64,000 nucleotides of DNA from the NCBI GenBank assembly GCA_025360125.1, contig JANYCU010000012.1, positions 25,445 to 89,444 of the forward strand. The letters run 5' to 3'. This DNA comes from Armatimonadota bacterium. Lineage in GTDB: Bacteria; Armatimonadota; Fimbriimonadia; Fimbriimonadales; Fimbriimonadaceae. The notes beneath the pieces were generated by a model, which worked only from the letters and a program-made list of their open reading frames with translations, made no database searches and was not told the origin of the DNA. Below are positions 19,478-29,273 of this stretch, piece by piece. The translations under genes were made by a program, and so were the position numbers. How positions within the stretch are numbered: position 1 is the first letter of the stretch; every line of letters starts with the position of its first letter.

Positions 19478-20698
19478 TTGGCGACGTATGCCTATACGAT
19501 CTTAGAACCAACGGGCCAGCGCAAAACTGGATTCGTTGACGCCAAGACACGAGAGGGTGCGGTTGCTCAGCTGACAGCGGGTGGCAACTACCTGATCGAT
19601 ATTGATGAGCGGGCCGCACGAGAAGGCTTTAGTAAAGCAAGTGCCGAAAAGAAAGCGGGTGGCAGACCTAGCAAAGCCGATCTCGCAATGTTTTCTCGCC
19701 GAATGGCCGACCTCGCCGACGCTGGTCTTCCACTCGATCGAGTACTTCAAGTCGTATCAGAGCAATCGGAAAGCCTTGTTCTCACCGAAATCTCCGAGCA
19801 GGTACTCAAGGATGTCCGTGGTGGTTCAAGCGTCAGTGACGCCCTCGCTAAGCACCCGAAATACTTCCCAAACGTTTTTACATCAACGCTAAAAGCAGGC
19901 GAGCAGTCCGGTCAATTTGGTGAAGTCGCCGCACGACTCGCGGATTTTCAAGAAAACGAAGTAGCCCGAAAGAGTCAAGTTGTTTCGGCCCTCATTTATC
20001 CGGCAATCTTGTTAGTCGTTGCTCTTGGAGTCGTTTTCTTCATCCTCACGTTTGTTATTCCGAAACTTTCAGGAACCTTTGCCGCTCAAGGTGACAATTT
20101 GCCGGGATCAACGAAACTCTTGCTGGATATGTCCGACTTCCTCCAGAAGGATTGGCTGATCATCATTGGGTCCATCGTTGGAGTGGTGGTAGCCTACCGA
20201 ATCTGGGTGGCGACCCCATCCGGTGCTTACACTCGCGATGGACTGTTGCTTCGACTCCCAGTCGTCGGTAAGATTGCCGTCAAAGGCACTGTTTCTCGTT
20301 TCGCTCGAGTGCTTGGCACGTTGCTCTTTGGCGGAGTACCAATCCTAGATGCCATCGAACTTTCGGGAATAGCATCTGGAAATCGAGTCTTCCAAAAGAG
20401 CTCCGAGCAAGTTCGATCAGACGTTCGCGAAGGAAAGCCCATTGCGATCGCCATGAGAGATGCTGGAGCATTTCCACCAGTCCTTACCCATATGGTTGCC
20501 GTCGGAGAAGAAACTGGCGACCTCCCTCACATGCTCAAGCGAGTTTCGGATTCGCTCGACTTTGAGGTCGATAACGGTTTACGTCGTGCAACGGCTCTCG
20601 TCGAGCCGATCATCATCGTCGTCATGGGAGGGTTTGTCGCCTTTGTTGTCATCAGCGTTCTCCTTCCGATTCTTAACCAATCTTCTGCCATAAAGTGA
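19478..20698 (+). CDS. gspF: Type II secretion / type IV pilus platform protein (GspF/PilC family)
   Basis: Two repeated T2SSF domains and three TM segments. Starts immediately after the gspE stop. Confidence 0.92.
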   Translation: MATYAYTILEPTGQRKTGFVDAKTREGAVAQLTAGGNYLIDIDERAAREGFSKASAEKKAGGRPSKADLAMFSRRMADLADAGLPLDRVLQVVSEQSESLVLTEISEQVLKDVRGGSSVSDALAKHPKYFPNVFTSTLKAGEQSGQFGEVAARLADFQENEVARKSQVVSALIYPAILLVVALGVVFFILTFVIPKLSGTFAAQGDNLPGSTKLLLDMSDFLQKDWLIIIGSIVGVVVAYRIWVATPSGAYTRDGLLLRLPVVGKIAVKGTVSRFARVLGTLLFGGVPILDAIELSGIASGNRVFQKSSEQVRSDVREGKPIAIAMRDAGAFPPVLTHMVAVGEETGDLPHMLKRVSDSLDFEVDNGLRRATALVEPIIIVVMGGFVAFVVISVLLPILNQSSAIK

Positions 20699-20705
20699 TA
20701 TAAAC

Positions 20706-21137
20706 ATGAAAACCCACAAAACATTAAAACCAAGACGCGGTTTTACCCTCATCGAATTGATGGTCGTCGTCTTGATTATTGCTATTCTTGCTGCGCTCGT
20801 TGTCCCGAACGTCATCAAGAGACTCGACGAAGCGAAAATCAATGCGACAAAAGGCAATATCGGCCGGATTGCGTCGTTGGTTCAGGCGTTCCGATTGGAT
20901 TGTGATCGATATCCAACCACTGAAGAAGGGCTTGAATCCCTGTTGACGGCTCCCGCCGATGCCACAGGCTGGAAAGGACCGTACATCGATAACGGCAAGT
21001 TGCCTCTCGATGGCTACAATAACCCATTTACCTATCAATGCCCAGGGCCAAGCGGCGAAGATAGCTTCCTGATCATCAGCAACGGCAAGGACAACCAAGC
21101 CGGAACTGGGGACGACATTTCGAACATGGACATCTAA
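20706..21137 (+). CDS. gspG: Major pseudopilin GspG
   Basis: Prepilin leader plus GFTLIELMVVVLIIAILAALVVP. GspG core motifs include RYPTTEEGLESL, GWKGPY, DGYNNPFTY and GKDN..GTGDDI. Confidence 0.92.
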   Translation: MKTHKTLKPRRGFTLIELMVVVLIIAILAALVVPNVIKRLDEAKINATKGNIGRIASLVQAFRLDCDRYPTTEEGLESLLTAPADATGWKGPYIDNGKLPLDGYNNPFTYQCPGPSGEDSFLIISNGKDNQAGTGDDISNMDI

Positions 21138-21148
21138 ATATAATCGCC

Positions 21149-21748
21149 ATGCGTCTTAAGTTTTCTGTTGTTCGTCAAGGCTTCACCTTGATTGAGATGC
21201 TCACGGTTACGGCAATTATTGCAGTACTGGCAGCCATTGTCGTGGGTCGACTTCAGAATACGAGAGACGGAATTCAATTTAGAAAAGCAGTTCAAAATAT
21301 CGAATCGGCGGCGAATAAAGCAAAGAGTCAAGCGATTCAAACGGGCCAGACGACAGAACTAACCTTCGATAATTCGACCCAATCGCTGAAAGTAGCGGCG
21401 GTCGATACGACGAATTCAACCACGAGTGCCACGATTCCTTCGACGAAAACAAAAACGACGAATAATCCAACAACTCAGGATGGGCAATCCACGGATTCTG
21501 CCCTCGGAGCAGGTTGGACGGTTTCGGAAGTTAGAAAATCAGACGGAACCACCGATACGCAAATGGCAATTAAGTTTTACGCCGATGGTACTGCCGAGAC
21601 CAAATCAGTTGAATTTCACTCGGGGCAAACCCCGGTTTCGCTGATTGTGCGACAAAACGGAACGATCGAAGTCAAACGAGCGGCACTCGCCGACGAACAA
21701 AATCAAGAATGGGAGGCAGGCAACATTGAGCAACGCAGCAGTGGGTAA
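21149..21748 (+). CDS. Minor pseudopilin (GspH-like), prepilin-type N-terminal methylation domain
   Basis: QGFTLIEMLTVTAIIAVLAAIVVG N-terminus. Thr/Asn-rich linker. Confidence 0.75.
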   Translation: MRLKFSVVRQGFTLIEMLTVTAIIAVLAAIVVGRLQNTRDGIQFRKAVQNIESAANKAKSQAIQTGQTTELTFDNSTQSLKVAAVDTTNSTTSATIPSTKTKTTNNPTTQDGQSTDSALGAGWTVSEVRKSDGTTDTQMAIKFYADGTAETKSVEFHSGQTPVSLIVRQNGTIEVKRAALADEQNQEWEAGNIEQRSSG

Positions 21749-22139
21749 ACGAAGACTCGGCTTTACATTAGTTGAAGTTATGGTTGCCACCGTCCTCCTT
21801 GGCGTTGGTATTGCCATGGGTTTTGGGGCGCTTGGCGCAATGACACGGACCGAACTTCGAGTACGACAAGTTGAGAAGATGAATTTGCTGGCGGTCCAAA
21901 AGTTGAATGAAGTGTTAGCATATGGCAAAGTTGAGGGCCAACAAACGGAAGGGAGCTTTTCGGACTACGGCGAACCTGGATATAAGTGGACGTTAGAGAC
22001 GGGAGCATCCGGAACTGATAACGTTTCGACCGTTCGCATCACCGTTCAAACAAACGAAAATAAGACCACCGATCCTTCGTCATCGGCCAGCGGCCTGGTC
22101 TTTACTTCACCAAATGCGCAAAGCGGGGCGACGGGATGA
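21726..22139 (+). CDS. Minor pseudopilin (GspI-like)
   Basis: RRLGFTLVEVMVATVLLGVGIA prepilin signal. No in-frame ATG upstream, so the start is TTG 21726 or GTG 21741, overlapping the preceding gene. Confidence 0.7.
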   Translation: MSNAAVGKRRLGFTLVEVMVATVLLGVGIAMGFGALGAMTRTELRVRQVEKMNLLAVQKLNEVLAYGKVEGQQTEGSFSDYGEPGYKWTLETGASGTDNVSTVRITVQTNENKTTDPSSSASGLVFTSPNAQSGATG

Positions 22140-22870
22140 GAAAACGCGGACTGACCTTGCTTGAAATGATGATTGTGTCGGTCTGTATGGCCGTCATCCT
22201 CGCAGCGACTGTTTCATCGGTTTATACCGCCATTCAGCATACGGCCAAAGTAAAAGCATCTCGAACGGTCTATGACCGTAACGCAATTTTTGAAGATCGA
22301 TTGCGCGGAATCCTTGAAAACGCATACCTTTCGACAGTGGCTTCCGACACAAACTCCTATTTCTTGGGCGGATCGGGAGTCGTCCAATCTCCAACCAACT
22401 CGAACATGACGAGCAATAACAATCAAGCCGAATTGGTGTTTTCTGGTCTGAGTGCGCGAATTCCCTCCGAACTGATCGAGTCGAATGAAGACTTTTCGAC
22501 CCTGAATTCAAAATATGGTCCCAAAGGCGGATTGACTGAATATTCGCTCAGCTTAACGCCTGTCGGTCAAGCACCCGTCGAGCAAGCCCTCTTTCTTCGC
22601 CATCAGACTCCCGCCGACGGTGACCCAACTCAAGGCGGAATGGAAACAATTCTGGATCCCGACATCGACACCATTAGCTACGAATTTTATAACGGAACCG
22701 ACTGGGATGTTAGTTGGGACACAACGTCGATGGCAACACCACGACTTCCGGCTGCGGTCCGAATCACGTATCGTCGCAAGAACGACTCCGCTGATCACAT
22801 TTTCCTCGTCCGACTTATGCACAGCGATGTTACTTCCGACAACCCAGTTGTAACCGGAGCTCAAATATGA
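22136..22870 (+). CDS. Minor pseudopilin (GspJ-like)
   Basis: RGLTLLEMMIVSVCMAVILAA N-terminus. 4-nt overlap with the upstream gene. Confidence 0.7.
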   Translation: MRKRGLTLLEMMIVSVCMAVILAATVSSVYTAIQHTAKVKASRTVYDRNAIFEDRLRGILENAYLSTVASDTNSYFLGGSGVVQSPTNSNMTSNNNQAELVFSGLSARIPSELIESNEDFSTLNSKYGPKGGLTEYSLSLTPVGQAPVEQALFLRHQTPADGDPTQGGMETILDPDIDTISYEFYNGTDWDVSWDTTSMATPRLPAAVRITYRRKNDSADHIFLVRLMHSDVTSDNPVVTGAQI

Positions 22871-24135
22871 TGAGAAATCGCGGAGTAGTTTTAGTTGTGG
22901 TGTTGGCCGCCCTTGCCGGGGTCATGGCTGGAGTTGCAATTTATTCCATAAACCAGAACGACTCGGTTAAAACGTCTATCAACAGAAGCGAACAACGACG
23001 GGCTCGATTAGCCGCCGAAGCCGGAATCCAATACGCATTGGCTTCCCTCCAAGCGATCGCTGATACCCCCCAAAGCCCAGTAACGAATGATGGCGATTGG
23101 GCCAAACTTGGCACAAATGGTACCGACTCATTTATCGTCGGAAGCGAATCTTTCCGAGTCGAAATTCTCGACAATTCTGCCCGTCTTGACCTCAACACGA
23201 TTACTGAACAACAACTCGATAACCTTCCGCTAACCCAGGAGCAAATTGATAGCTTCCTTGATTGGAGAGAAGCTGGGTCAAATGCCCGCACGGAAGGTGG
23301 CAAAGACGAGTATTACAACGCACTCACGAAGCCGTACAACACGCGTGAAGGCAGACTTCAGACGGTTACCGAAGTGCTGCAAATTAAGGGCTGGACACCC
23401 GACGTTTTGTTCAATGTCCAATCAAACACGGTGATGAGCGGGCGAACCACAAATAACAATCAACCAGTACTTCCGATCTACGATCTCGTTAGTCTGGATT
23501 GCTTTAGTGGAGCTTATAACCCGGAAGGTAACGGTAAAACAAACGTCAATACGGCGACGTTGACTGCTCAGCAGCTCGCTCAAAACGCTCAAATTCCCAT
23601 TCAATCAGCCACCGTGATTATCAATTCTCGCAATACCCAGCCAAACCGACGATTTGTTCGGTTGAGCCAAGTGCTTACTTTGCCGGGAATTGCCAATAAT
23701 CAGCAGGTGCTTCGAAGTGTCTTAGACCGAATGACTATCGCGCCTGCAGATCGAATCGAAGGATTCATCAACATCAACACTGCAACCGCCGACGTGCTAA
23801 GCACCTTGCCTGGTCTGACCCAAGATATTGCCAACCAGATTGTTGACAGCAGGCCAACGAATGGCTATCAACTGTTGAGTGAACTCCTCACCGTTTCGAG
23901 TGACACTACTTTCCTTTCTACCGCAGTCGATACGCTGACAGTTAGCAGCCAGTCATTCCGAATCCGAGTACTTGGAAAGGCCGGATCCACAACGGTTGGC
24001 CTCGAAGCTATCGTCGCCATCACAAATACCATCCCGACAATCGTTCGGGTGGAAGAATCAAATTTTTCGAACTTGCCTGAAAAGTGGTCATGGACTGCTG
24101 AAGCAAACCAAACGACACTATTGGAGAATAAATGA
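22867..24135 (+). CDS. GspK-like minor pseudopilin
   Basis: N-terminal TM helix. Repeated helix-hairpin-helix-like motifs (VNTATLTAQQLA..., INTATADVLSTLPGLTQDIANQIV) are typical of GspK. Confidence 0.75.
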   Translation: MMRNRGVVLVVVLAALAGVMAGVAIYSINQNDSVKTSINRSEQRRARLAAEAGIQYALASLQAIADTPQSPVTNDGDWAKLGTNGTDSFIVGSESFRVEILDNSARLDLNTITEQQLDNLPLTQEQIDSFLDWREAGSNARTEGGKDEYYNALTKPYNTREGRLQTVTEVLQIKGWTPDVLFNVQSNTVMSGRTTNNNQPVLPIYDLVSLDCFSGAYNPEGNGKTNVNTATLTAQQLAQNAQIPIQSATVIINSRNTQPNRRFVRLSQVLTLPGIANNQQVLRSVLDRMTIAPADRIEGFININTATADVLSTLPGLTQDIANQIVDSRPTNGYQLLSELLTVSSDTTFLSTAVDTLTVSSQSFRIRVLGKAGSTTVGLEAIVAITNTIPTIVRVEESNFSNLPEKWSWTAEANQTTLLENK

Positions 24136-25382
24136 GCCAGAAACCGCAAGCTGCACAACTGTTAATTGAATGGGACCGAGAATGGGTTCGCGTGCATTTT
24201 GTCGAGTCATCAACTACAAAAGAAGGCACAAGCCTCAGCGAAATCGACGGGGTCAACGGCAAAACCGCCATCCTCCTCATGTCACGACGGCTAATCTTGC
24301 AGCGATCCATCGCTTTGCCAGATGCGCAAAAGGAAGACGTACTAGTTGCGCTAAAAATGAAGTTGGCGGATGTGTTCCCCATTCCTGCTTCGGAGTTGGC
24401 TTTCGACTTTATCCCGACGACCGAGCGAAACGACCAAGGCCGAATCTGTAACGTCTTTGCTGCCCGGAACGCCGATGTCGACGAAATTATTGCTATTTGC
24501 TCTAAGGCGAACATTGCGATTCATCAAATCGTGCCTGCCCAAGCATTGACAATCAAAGTAGCCGAGCAAAATGCAGTTTCGAATGGAATTTTCGTAGAGC
24601 GATTTGGCGACTTTGTGAACCTCGACGTTTTTCACTACGGAGACCTTGTTTCATCCAAGTTGGTCAGCCTTAATCTGCTCGACAACGAAATCGCGCGAAT
24701 GAAGGCGCTAACTGGCGACAGTACAAAGATGTTCGCCTACAACGTCAACCTTGACGGGCAAGAACAAAAGCTTGCTTCACCCTACATTAATGACTATTTC
24801 AAGTCAGGACTCACTCTTGATCTTGAGCCCGAAGATTATCGATCCGCTCGAACCGAAGCGATTCGAAAGACTCGCCACAAAAACTGCTATATGTTGTTCT
24901 TGGTTGGATTAGCGATTGCGGCATTCGTAGGCAACGACTATTCTGAGCGAATGTCAGAGATGGCCAAGCAAGAGCAGAAGTATAAAAAGCAGACCAAAAC
25001 GGCTTTGACCCAAACAGAGAACGATGAATCGAAGGCGAAAAAGCAGCAACCTGCCGCCGATCAATTGACGAAAGCCTTTCTGCCAGCCCAAAAATCAAGC
25101 GATATTTTAAAGATCGTTTCTTCCCTTTTGCCCACCGACACATGGCTCACGGGGGTGACCTTTGAAAGAGGGCGGACCATTCAAATTCGTGGAACGTCTA
25201 AGAGCCCAACTCTCGTATCAAATTTTGTATCTGGTTTAACTAAACAAAAGCGATTTCGTGACGTTCGACTTATGTACGCAAATGGAGGGGACATCCAGGG
25301 AATTCCAACGGTGCAATTTAGCATCAATGCGTTCCCAGTCGGCAACCTCCCGATCCTTGAAACAGGAAAGAAAAAGAAGTGA
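24132..25382 (+). CDS. PilM/PilN-like (GspL-like) inner-membrane assembly protein
   Basis: Cytoplasmic actin-like N-domain, a central TM helix (YMLFLVGLAIAAFVG), and a PilN-like periplasmic C-domain. Operon position matches gspL. Confidence 0.65.
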   Translation: MSQKPQAAQLLIEWDREWVRVHFVESSTTKEGTSLSEIDGVNGKTAILLMSRRLILQRSIALPDAQKEDVLVALKMKLADVFPIPASELAFDFIPTTERNDQGRICNVFAARNADVDEIIAICSKANIAIHQIVPAQALTIKVAEQNAVSNGIFVERFGDFVNLDVFHYGDLVSSKLVSLNLLDNEIARMKALTGDSTKMFAYNVNLDGQEQKLASPYINDYFKSGLTLDLEPEDYRSARTEAIRKTRHKNCYMLFLVGLAIAAFVGNDYSERMSEMAKQEQKYKKQTKTALTQTENDESKAKKQQPAADQLTKAFLPAQKSSDILKIVSSLLPTDTWLTGVTFERGRTIQIRGTSKSPTLVSNFVSGLTKQKRFRDVRLMYANGGDIQGIPTVQFSINAFPVGNLPILETGKKKK

Positions 25383-25999
25383 TTAATTTTAAAGACCCGA
25401 AAGATCAGACTTCCAGCGCGTTTGCCGTGTTGGGCATGATCCTTATTGGGGTTGCGGTTGTCGTTTCACTCTTTTTCAACCGTTCAGTCGATGCAAAAGC
25501 GTACGCCCGAAATGCTCGAAAGGATTTAGTCGCGTTTAAAACTCGAACTGATTCGGCGAAAGAAAGCCTTTCGGGGTACGAGGATACGATCGGCAAGTAT
25601 CTTTGGACCGAAAAAGAAGATTCCGTGACTCCGGCCGCGCTCGAACTTATCAGTCAAAAGACTCAAGAGAATCACTTGAAGTTGGTGAGTTTCCGCCCCC
25701 TCAAGAGTTTCGAAGGTGCCTCCCTTATTCAACTTCCCCTGCAGTTTACGGTTGATGGGTCCTTTGCCAGCGTTGCGGCAATGCTTCAGTCATTCGAGAC
25801 CACTGACTCGAAACTGGCCGTTCAACAAGTTCAATTTGCATCACAAGAAGGTGAGACCGACCTGGTTAGCGCCAATGTTAGTCTCGTCGCCTTCCTTGCT
25901 AAACCTATGCCCGTCAAAAAAGGCAGCAAAACCTCTACGACTTCTTCCGCTCCGGCGGGAACCAATACATCTCCACGCGGAGCAACCACTAAATCCTAA
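25379..25999 (+). CDS. PilO/GspM-like assembly protein
   Basis: Single N-terminal TM helix, a coiled segment, and a ferredoxin-like C-domain (LPLQFTVDGSFASVAAMLQSFE). Overlapping start (GTGA). Confidence 0.55.
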   Translation: MINFKDPKDQTSSAFAVLGMILIGVAVVVSLFFNRSVDAKAYARNARKDLVAFKTRTDSAKESLSGYEDTIGKYLWTEKEDSVTPAALELISQKTQENHLKLVSFRPLKSFEGASLIQLPLQFTVDGSFASVAAMLQSFETTDSKLAVQQVQFASQEGETDLVSANVSLVAFLAKPMPVKKGSKTSTTSSAPAGTNTSPRGATTKS

Positions 26000-26787
26000 T
26001 GGCTACTCAAAAAAATCAATCATCCTCGAATCTCAAAAAATACGCTGTGATCGGCGGAATCTTGCTCGTAATCGCCGTTGTCGCTTTTCCATCTTCCGAG
26101 CCTCCAAAGGATGGGCCAAAGAACAAATTCCAATTTGGTGCAGGGGATAAGGCCGCGAAAAAGAAGGTCGATGAGTACACCGAAGAAGACGTTCACGCCA
26201 AGTTTGAGTCGATCAACGCGACGATCAAGAACGGTTTCGTTCCATTGGTAACGAAGGGTGATGGTCCAAAATCGAATAAAGCTGGCATCCCGTCTGGTTG
26301 GGCAAACGGCGAAGGAAACTGGACCTACACCGGAAACATGGTCGTGGACGGAACGCCAAACGCTTTACTTGAAAATAGCTCAAACGGCGAAGGAGTCTTC
26401 CTTCGACCCGGACAACATTGGAAGAGCCTGCGACTCGTTGCCGTGAAAGAAAACTCGATCGAAATCGAAGGGCCAAACCATGAAATGAAAACAATTTCGT
26501 TTGATGACCGAGGCACTGCCCTTCCAAGTGGCAATGCTCCGATGTCGTTGCCACCAGCTGCTATTCAAGGAAACCTTCCCCAAGGCGCAAACCCGCAGCT
26601 TAATCAACCAGGTAATGGCGGTCGTCGTAATCGTGGTCAACAAGCGAATCAAGGTGACCAAACGAATGCGGATATCCTTTCTGGCCCAATTGGTGCCCAG
26701 AGCGACCTAGAATCGTCTGTCGATGCACCGATTCAAGCCAACAATGTGAATACCACAGGAATTAATCGTAGAATAAGAGGAAATTAA
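25999..26787 (+). CDS. PilP/GspC-like periplasmic protein with a low-complexity C-terminus
   Basis: N-terminal TM helix and a small beta-rich domain (ALLENSSNGEGVFLRPGQHWKSLRLVAVKENSIEIEG). TAATG overlap with the upstream gene. Confidence 0.45.
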   Translation: MATQKNQSSSNLKKYAVIGGILLVIAVVAFPSSEPPKDGPKNKFQFGAGDKAAKKKVDEYTEEDVHAKFESINATIKNGFVPLVTKGDGPKSNKAGIPSGWANGEGNWTYTGNMVVDGTPNALLENSSNGEGVFLRPGQHWKSLRLVAVKENSIEIEGPNHEMKTISFDDRGTALPSGNAPMSLPPAAIQGNLPQGANPQLNQPGNGGRRNRGQQANQGDQTNADILSGPIGAQSDLESSVDAPIQANNVNTTGINRRIRGN

Positions 26788-29273
26788 TGAAAATCGTCTC
26801 AATTAGTGCACTTGCTTTAACCTTCGGGTTTATGCTGCCGACCATATCGATGGCCCAGGGAGCCAATCCGTTTATTGGTGGAGATTTTGGGGGCGGTGAA
26901 GCTTCGTGGAAAGATACGAAGTTTAATCCGAAAACGAAAATTAAGCTCGATTTCCGCAATGCCAATATCGACCTCGTCATTTCTATGTTCATGAAGACGA
27001 GCGGGATCAATATTGTCAAGGATCCAGCTTTGATTGGCGGAATTACGCTCACCAGCGCAACTCCAGTTTCTCTGAAGACTGGTTTTCAAATTCTCGAAAA
27101 GACACTCAACCTCAAAGGCTATGACCTGAAGAAGGACGGAGAACTTTTTGTAATCCAAAAGCAAGACCAAGGTCGGGGCGGTAGAGGCGGTAGTTTCGGA
27201 GGCGGAAACGTAGACATGGGCGCGATCATGAGCGCAATGGGTGGCGGGCAACCTCAGTCGGTCCTTAAAATGTACTCGATCAAGTTTGCTAATGCAACTT
27301 CAGTGGCCAGAGTTGTCAACGAAGCATTTTCCGGTTCGGGACAATCTAACTCAAATCCGTTTGCATCGATGTTTGGAGGAGGCGGAGTTCAGTTCGGCGG
27401 TGGTCGAGGTGGAAACGCATTTGGTGGTCAAAATAACCGAGGTAGAGGCAACAATGGAGCAGCCGCGAGTCCTTTTGCAAGTCTTTTTGGTGGTGGAAAC
27501 CAGCAAGGTTCATCTGTTCGAGCTTCGTCGGATGACTTTAGCAATTCGGTCATTGTCAATGCTCCTGACAAAGAGCAAAAGGAAGTCGAGCGGGTCATCA
27601 AAGCCATCGACAAAGAAACGAGCGCCCCTCAGCACACCAAGGTTTACAAACTGGAGTATGCGACTTCGGCTGAAGTTGCCCCAACGATTCAAAACGTTTT
27701 GACGAATAACGCGCCACGAGGCGTGGGAGGCGTCACTAATTCGGGTGCTAATCCGCAGGATCGATTCCAACAGGCAATTCGATTTGGCTCAACTCAAGCT
27801 TCATTTGGTACAGTCGCAGCTGATGCTCGAACTAACTCCTTGGTCGTTACGGCGACTGACGAGAGTCTGCTTATCGTTGAAACAGTTATCAAGAGCCTCG
27901 ACAAGCCGATTGACTTTGCTAGTACAACATTTGTTTTCCCGTTGAACAATGCAAAAGCGGACGATGTTGCTACTTTGCTCAGAAACACGTTCGGAACTCG
28001 ACAAGGTTTGAACGGCGGAGGTAACAATCGTAACACTCAAAATCAGGGCCAGCAGCGACAAACCGTGAACACAGGTGGTGCAGGTGGTGCGGGTACCCGA
28101 TTGGGTGGGTTGATCGAAGATCCAAACGATCCAAAGAATCTGTATATGCAAATGCAGAATCCAAATGGTGTTGACGGAGAACTTCTTACGAATATCTACG
28201 CTCAAGGCGGAGGCGGATTCCAGTTCGGTGGCGGACAGGGTCGGGGCGGACAAGGAACTCAACAAAACCAGACACCAGTCGGACGAAATGCAGACGGTAA
28301 GTTGACTCCAGTTCAAGATTTGACTGGTCAAGTGACCGCAATTCCGGATCCAAATACGAACTCGATCATCATCGTAGCCAATCCTGACTACGCTGCTCTT
28401 ATCAAGAGCATTTTGGCTCAGCTCGATAAGATTCCAGAGCAGGTCATGATCGAAACGATCATCGTAGAAGCAAACTTGGATAACTCAGAAAAGCTGGGAA
28501 TCGAGTGGAACTATCTTGACAAAGGGGCCCTTGGGGTTTCTGGTCAAAATGGCAACTCGGGAACAGTCTTCAATTTGAACCCGTCAACATCGCCAGCCCA
28601 AGGCTTCAAGTACACGATTGGTGGCAAGAACCTTTCGGTGTTCATGAACGCGATCCAAACGGATAGCAAGTTCAGTATCCTTTCAACGCCACGAATCTTT
28701 ACATCGAACAACGTCCAGGGTCAGATCAATATCAGCCAATCTATCCCTTATGTTACGAACAGCCGAACTGACACAAGCGGAGCGGTTACTTTCAACTATC
28801 AATCGGTTGACGTTGGTATCGTCTTGACCGTCACCCCGCGGATCACCGCGAATGGTTACGTCACGATGGACATAAGCCAAACGGCAAACGATTTGCAGGG
28901 CTACACGAACTTTAATGCGCCGATCGTCAACAAGCGAGAAGCCAATACAATCGTGAGCGTCAAGAACGGTGAAACGATCATCCTGGGTGGCATTATTCGA
29001 AACAGCATCACTGCAACAACGAATAAGGTTCCAATTCTTGGCGACCTTCCCATCCTTGGCAACCTATTCAAGAGCAATTCGAAAGAAAAGCACAAGACCG
29101 AGCTGATGATCTTGCTGAGACCTAGAATTGTTAAGGACGAGAATGAAGCCCGATCGTTGAGGCTCGACGAAACAAAGGAACTTTCACCAGAAACCCAAGG
29201 ACAGCTCAAAAAGGTTGTTCCACCGGAAAGCACTAAGGTAGAAATTAAAGACAAGAAAAACGGAGGAAATTAA
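26787..29273 (+). CDS. gspD: Secretin (GspD/PilQ family) with Gly/Arg/Gln-rich inserts
   Basis: Signal peptide and N0/N1-like domains. C-terminal secretin domain with IVSVKNGETIILGGI and VPILGDLPILGNLF motifs. Confidence 0.92.
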   Translation: MKIVSISALALTFGFMLPTISMAQGANPFIGGDFGGGEASWKDTKFNPKTKIKLDFRNANIDLVISMFMKTSGINIVKDPALIGGITLTSATPVSLKTGFQILEKTLNLKGYDLKKDGELFVIQKQDQGRGGRGGSFGGGNVDMGAIMSAMGGGQPQSVLKMYSIKFANATSVARVVNEAFSGSGQSNSNPFASMFGGGGVQFGGGRGGNAFGGQNNRGRGNNGAAASPFASLFGGGNQQGSSVRASSDDFSNSVIVNAPDKEQKEVERVIKAIDKETSAPQHTKVYKLEYATSAEVAPTIQNVLTNNAPRGVGGVTNSGANPQDRFQQAIRFGSTQASFGTVAADARTNSLVVTATDESLLIVETVIKSLDKPIDFASTTFVFPLNNAKADDVATLLRNTFGTRQGLNGGGNNRNTQNQGQQRQTVNTGGAGGAGTRLGGLIEDPNDPKNLYMQMQNPNGVDGELLTNIYAQGGGGFQFGGGQGRGGQGTQQNQTPVGRNADGKLTPVQDLTGQVTAIPDPNTNSIIIVANPDYAALIKSILAQLDKIPEQVMIETIIVEANLDNSEKLGIEWNYLDKGALGVSGQNGNSGTVFNLNPSTSPAQGFKYTIGGKNLSVFMNAIQTDSKFSILSTPRIFTSNNVQGQINISQSIPYVTNSRTDTSGAVTFNYQSVDVGIVLTVTPRITANGYVTMDISQTANDLQGYTNFNAPIVNKREANTIVSVKNGETIILGGIIRNSITATTNKVPILGDLPILGNLFKSNSKEKHKTELMILLRPRIVKDENEARSLRLDETKELSPETQGQLKKVVPPESTKVEIKDKKNGGN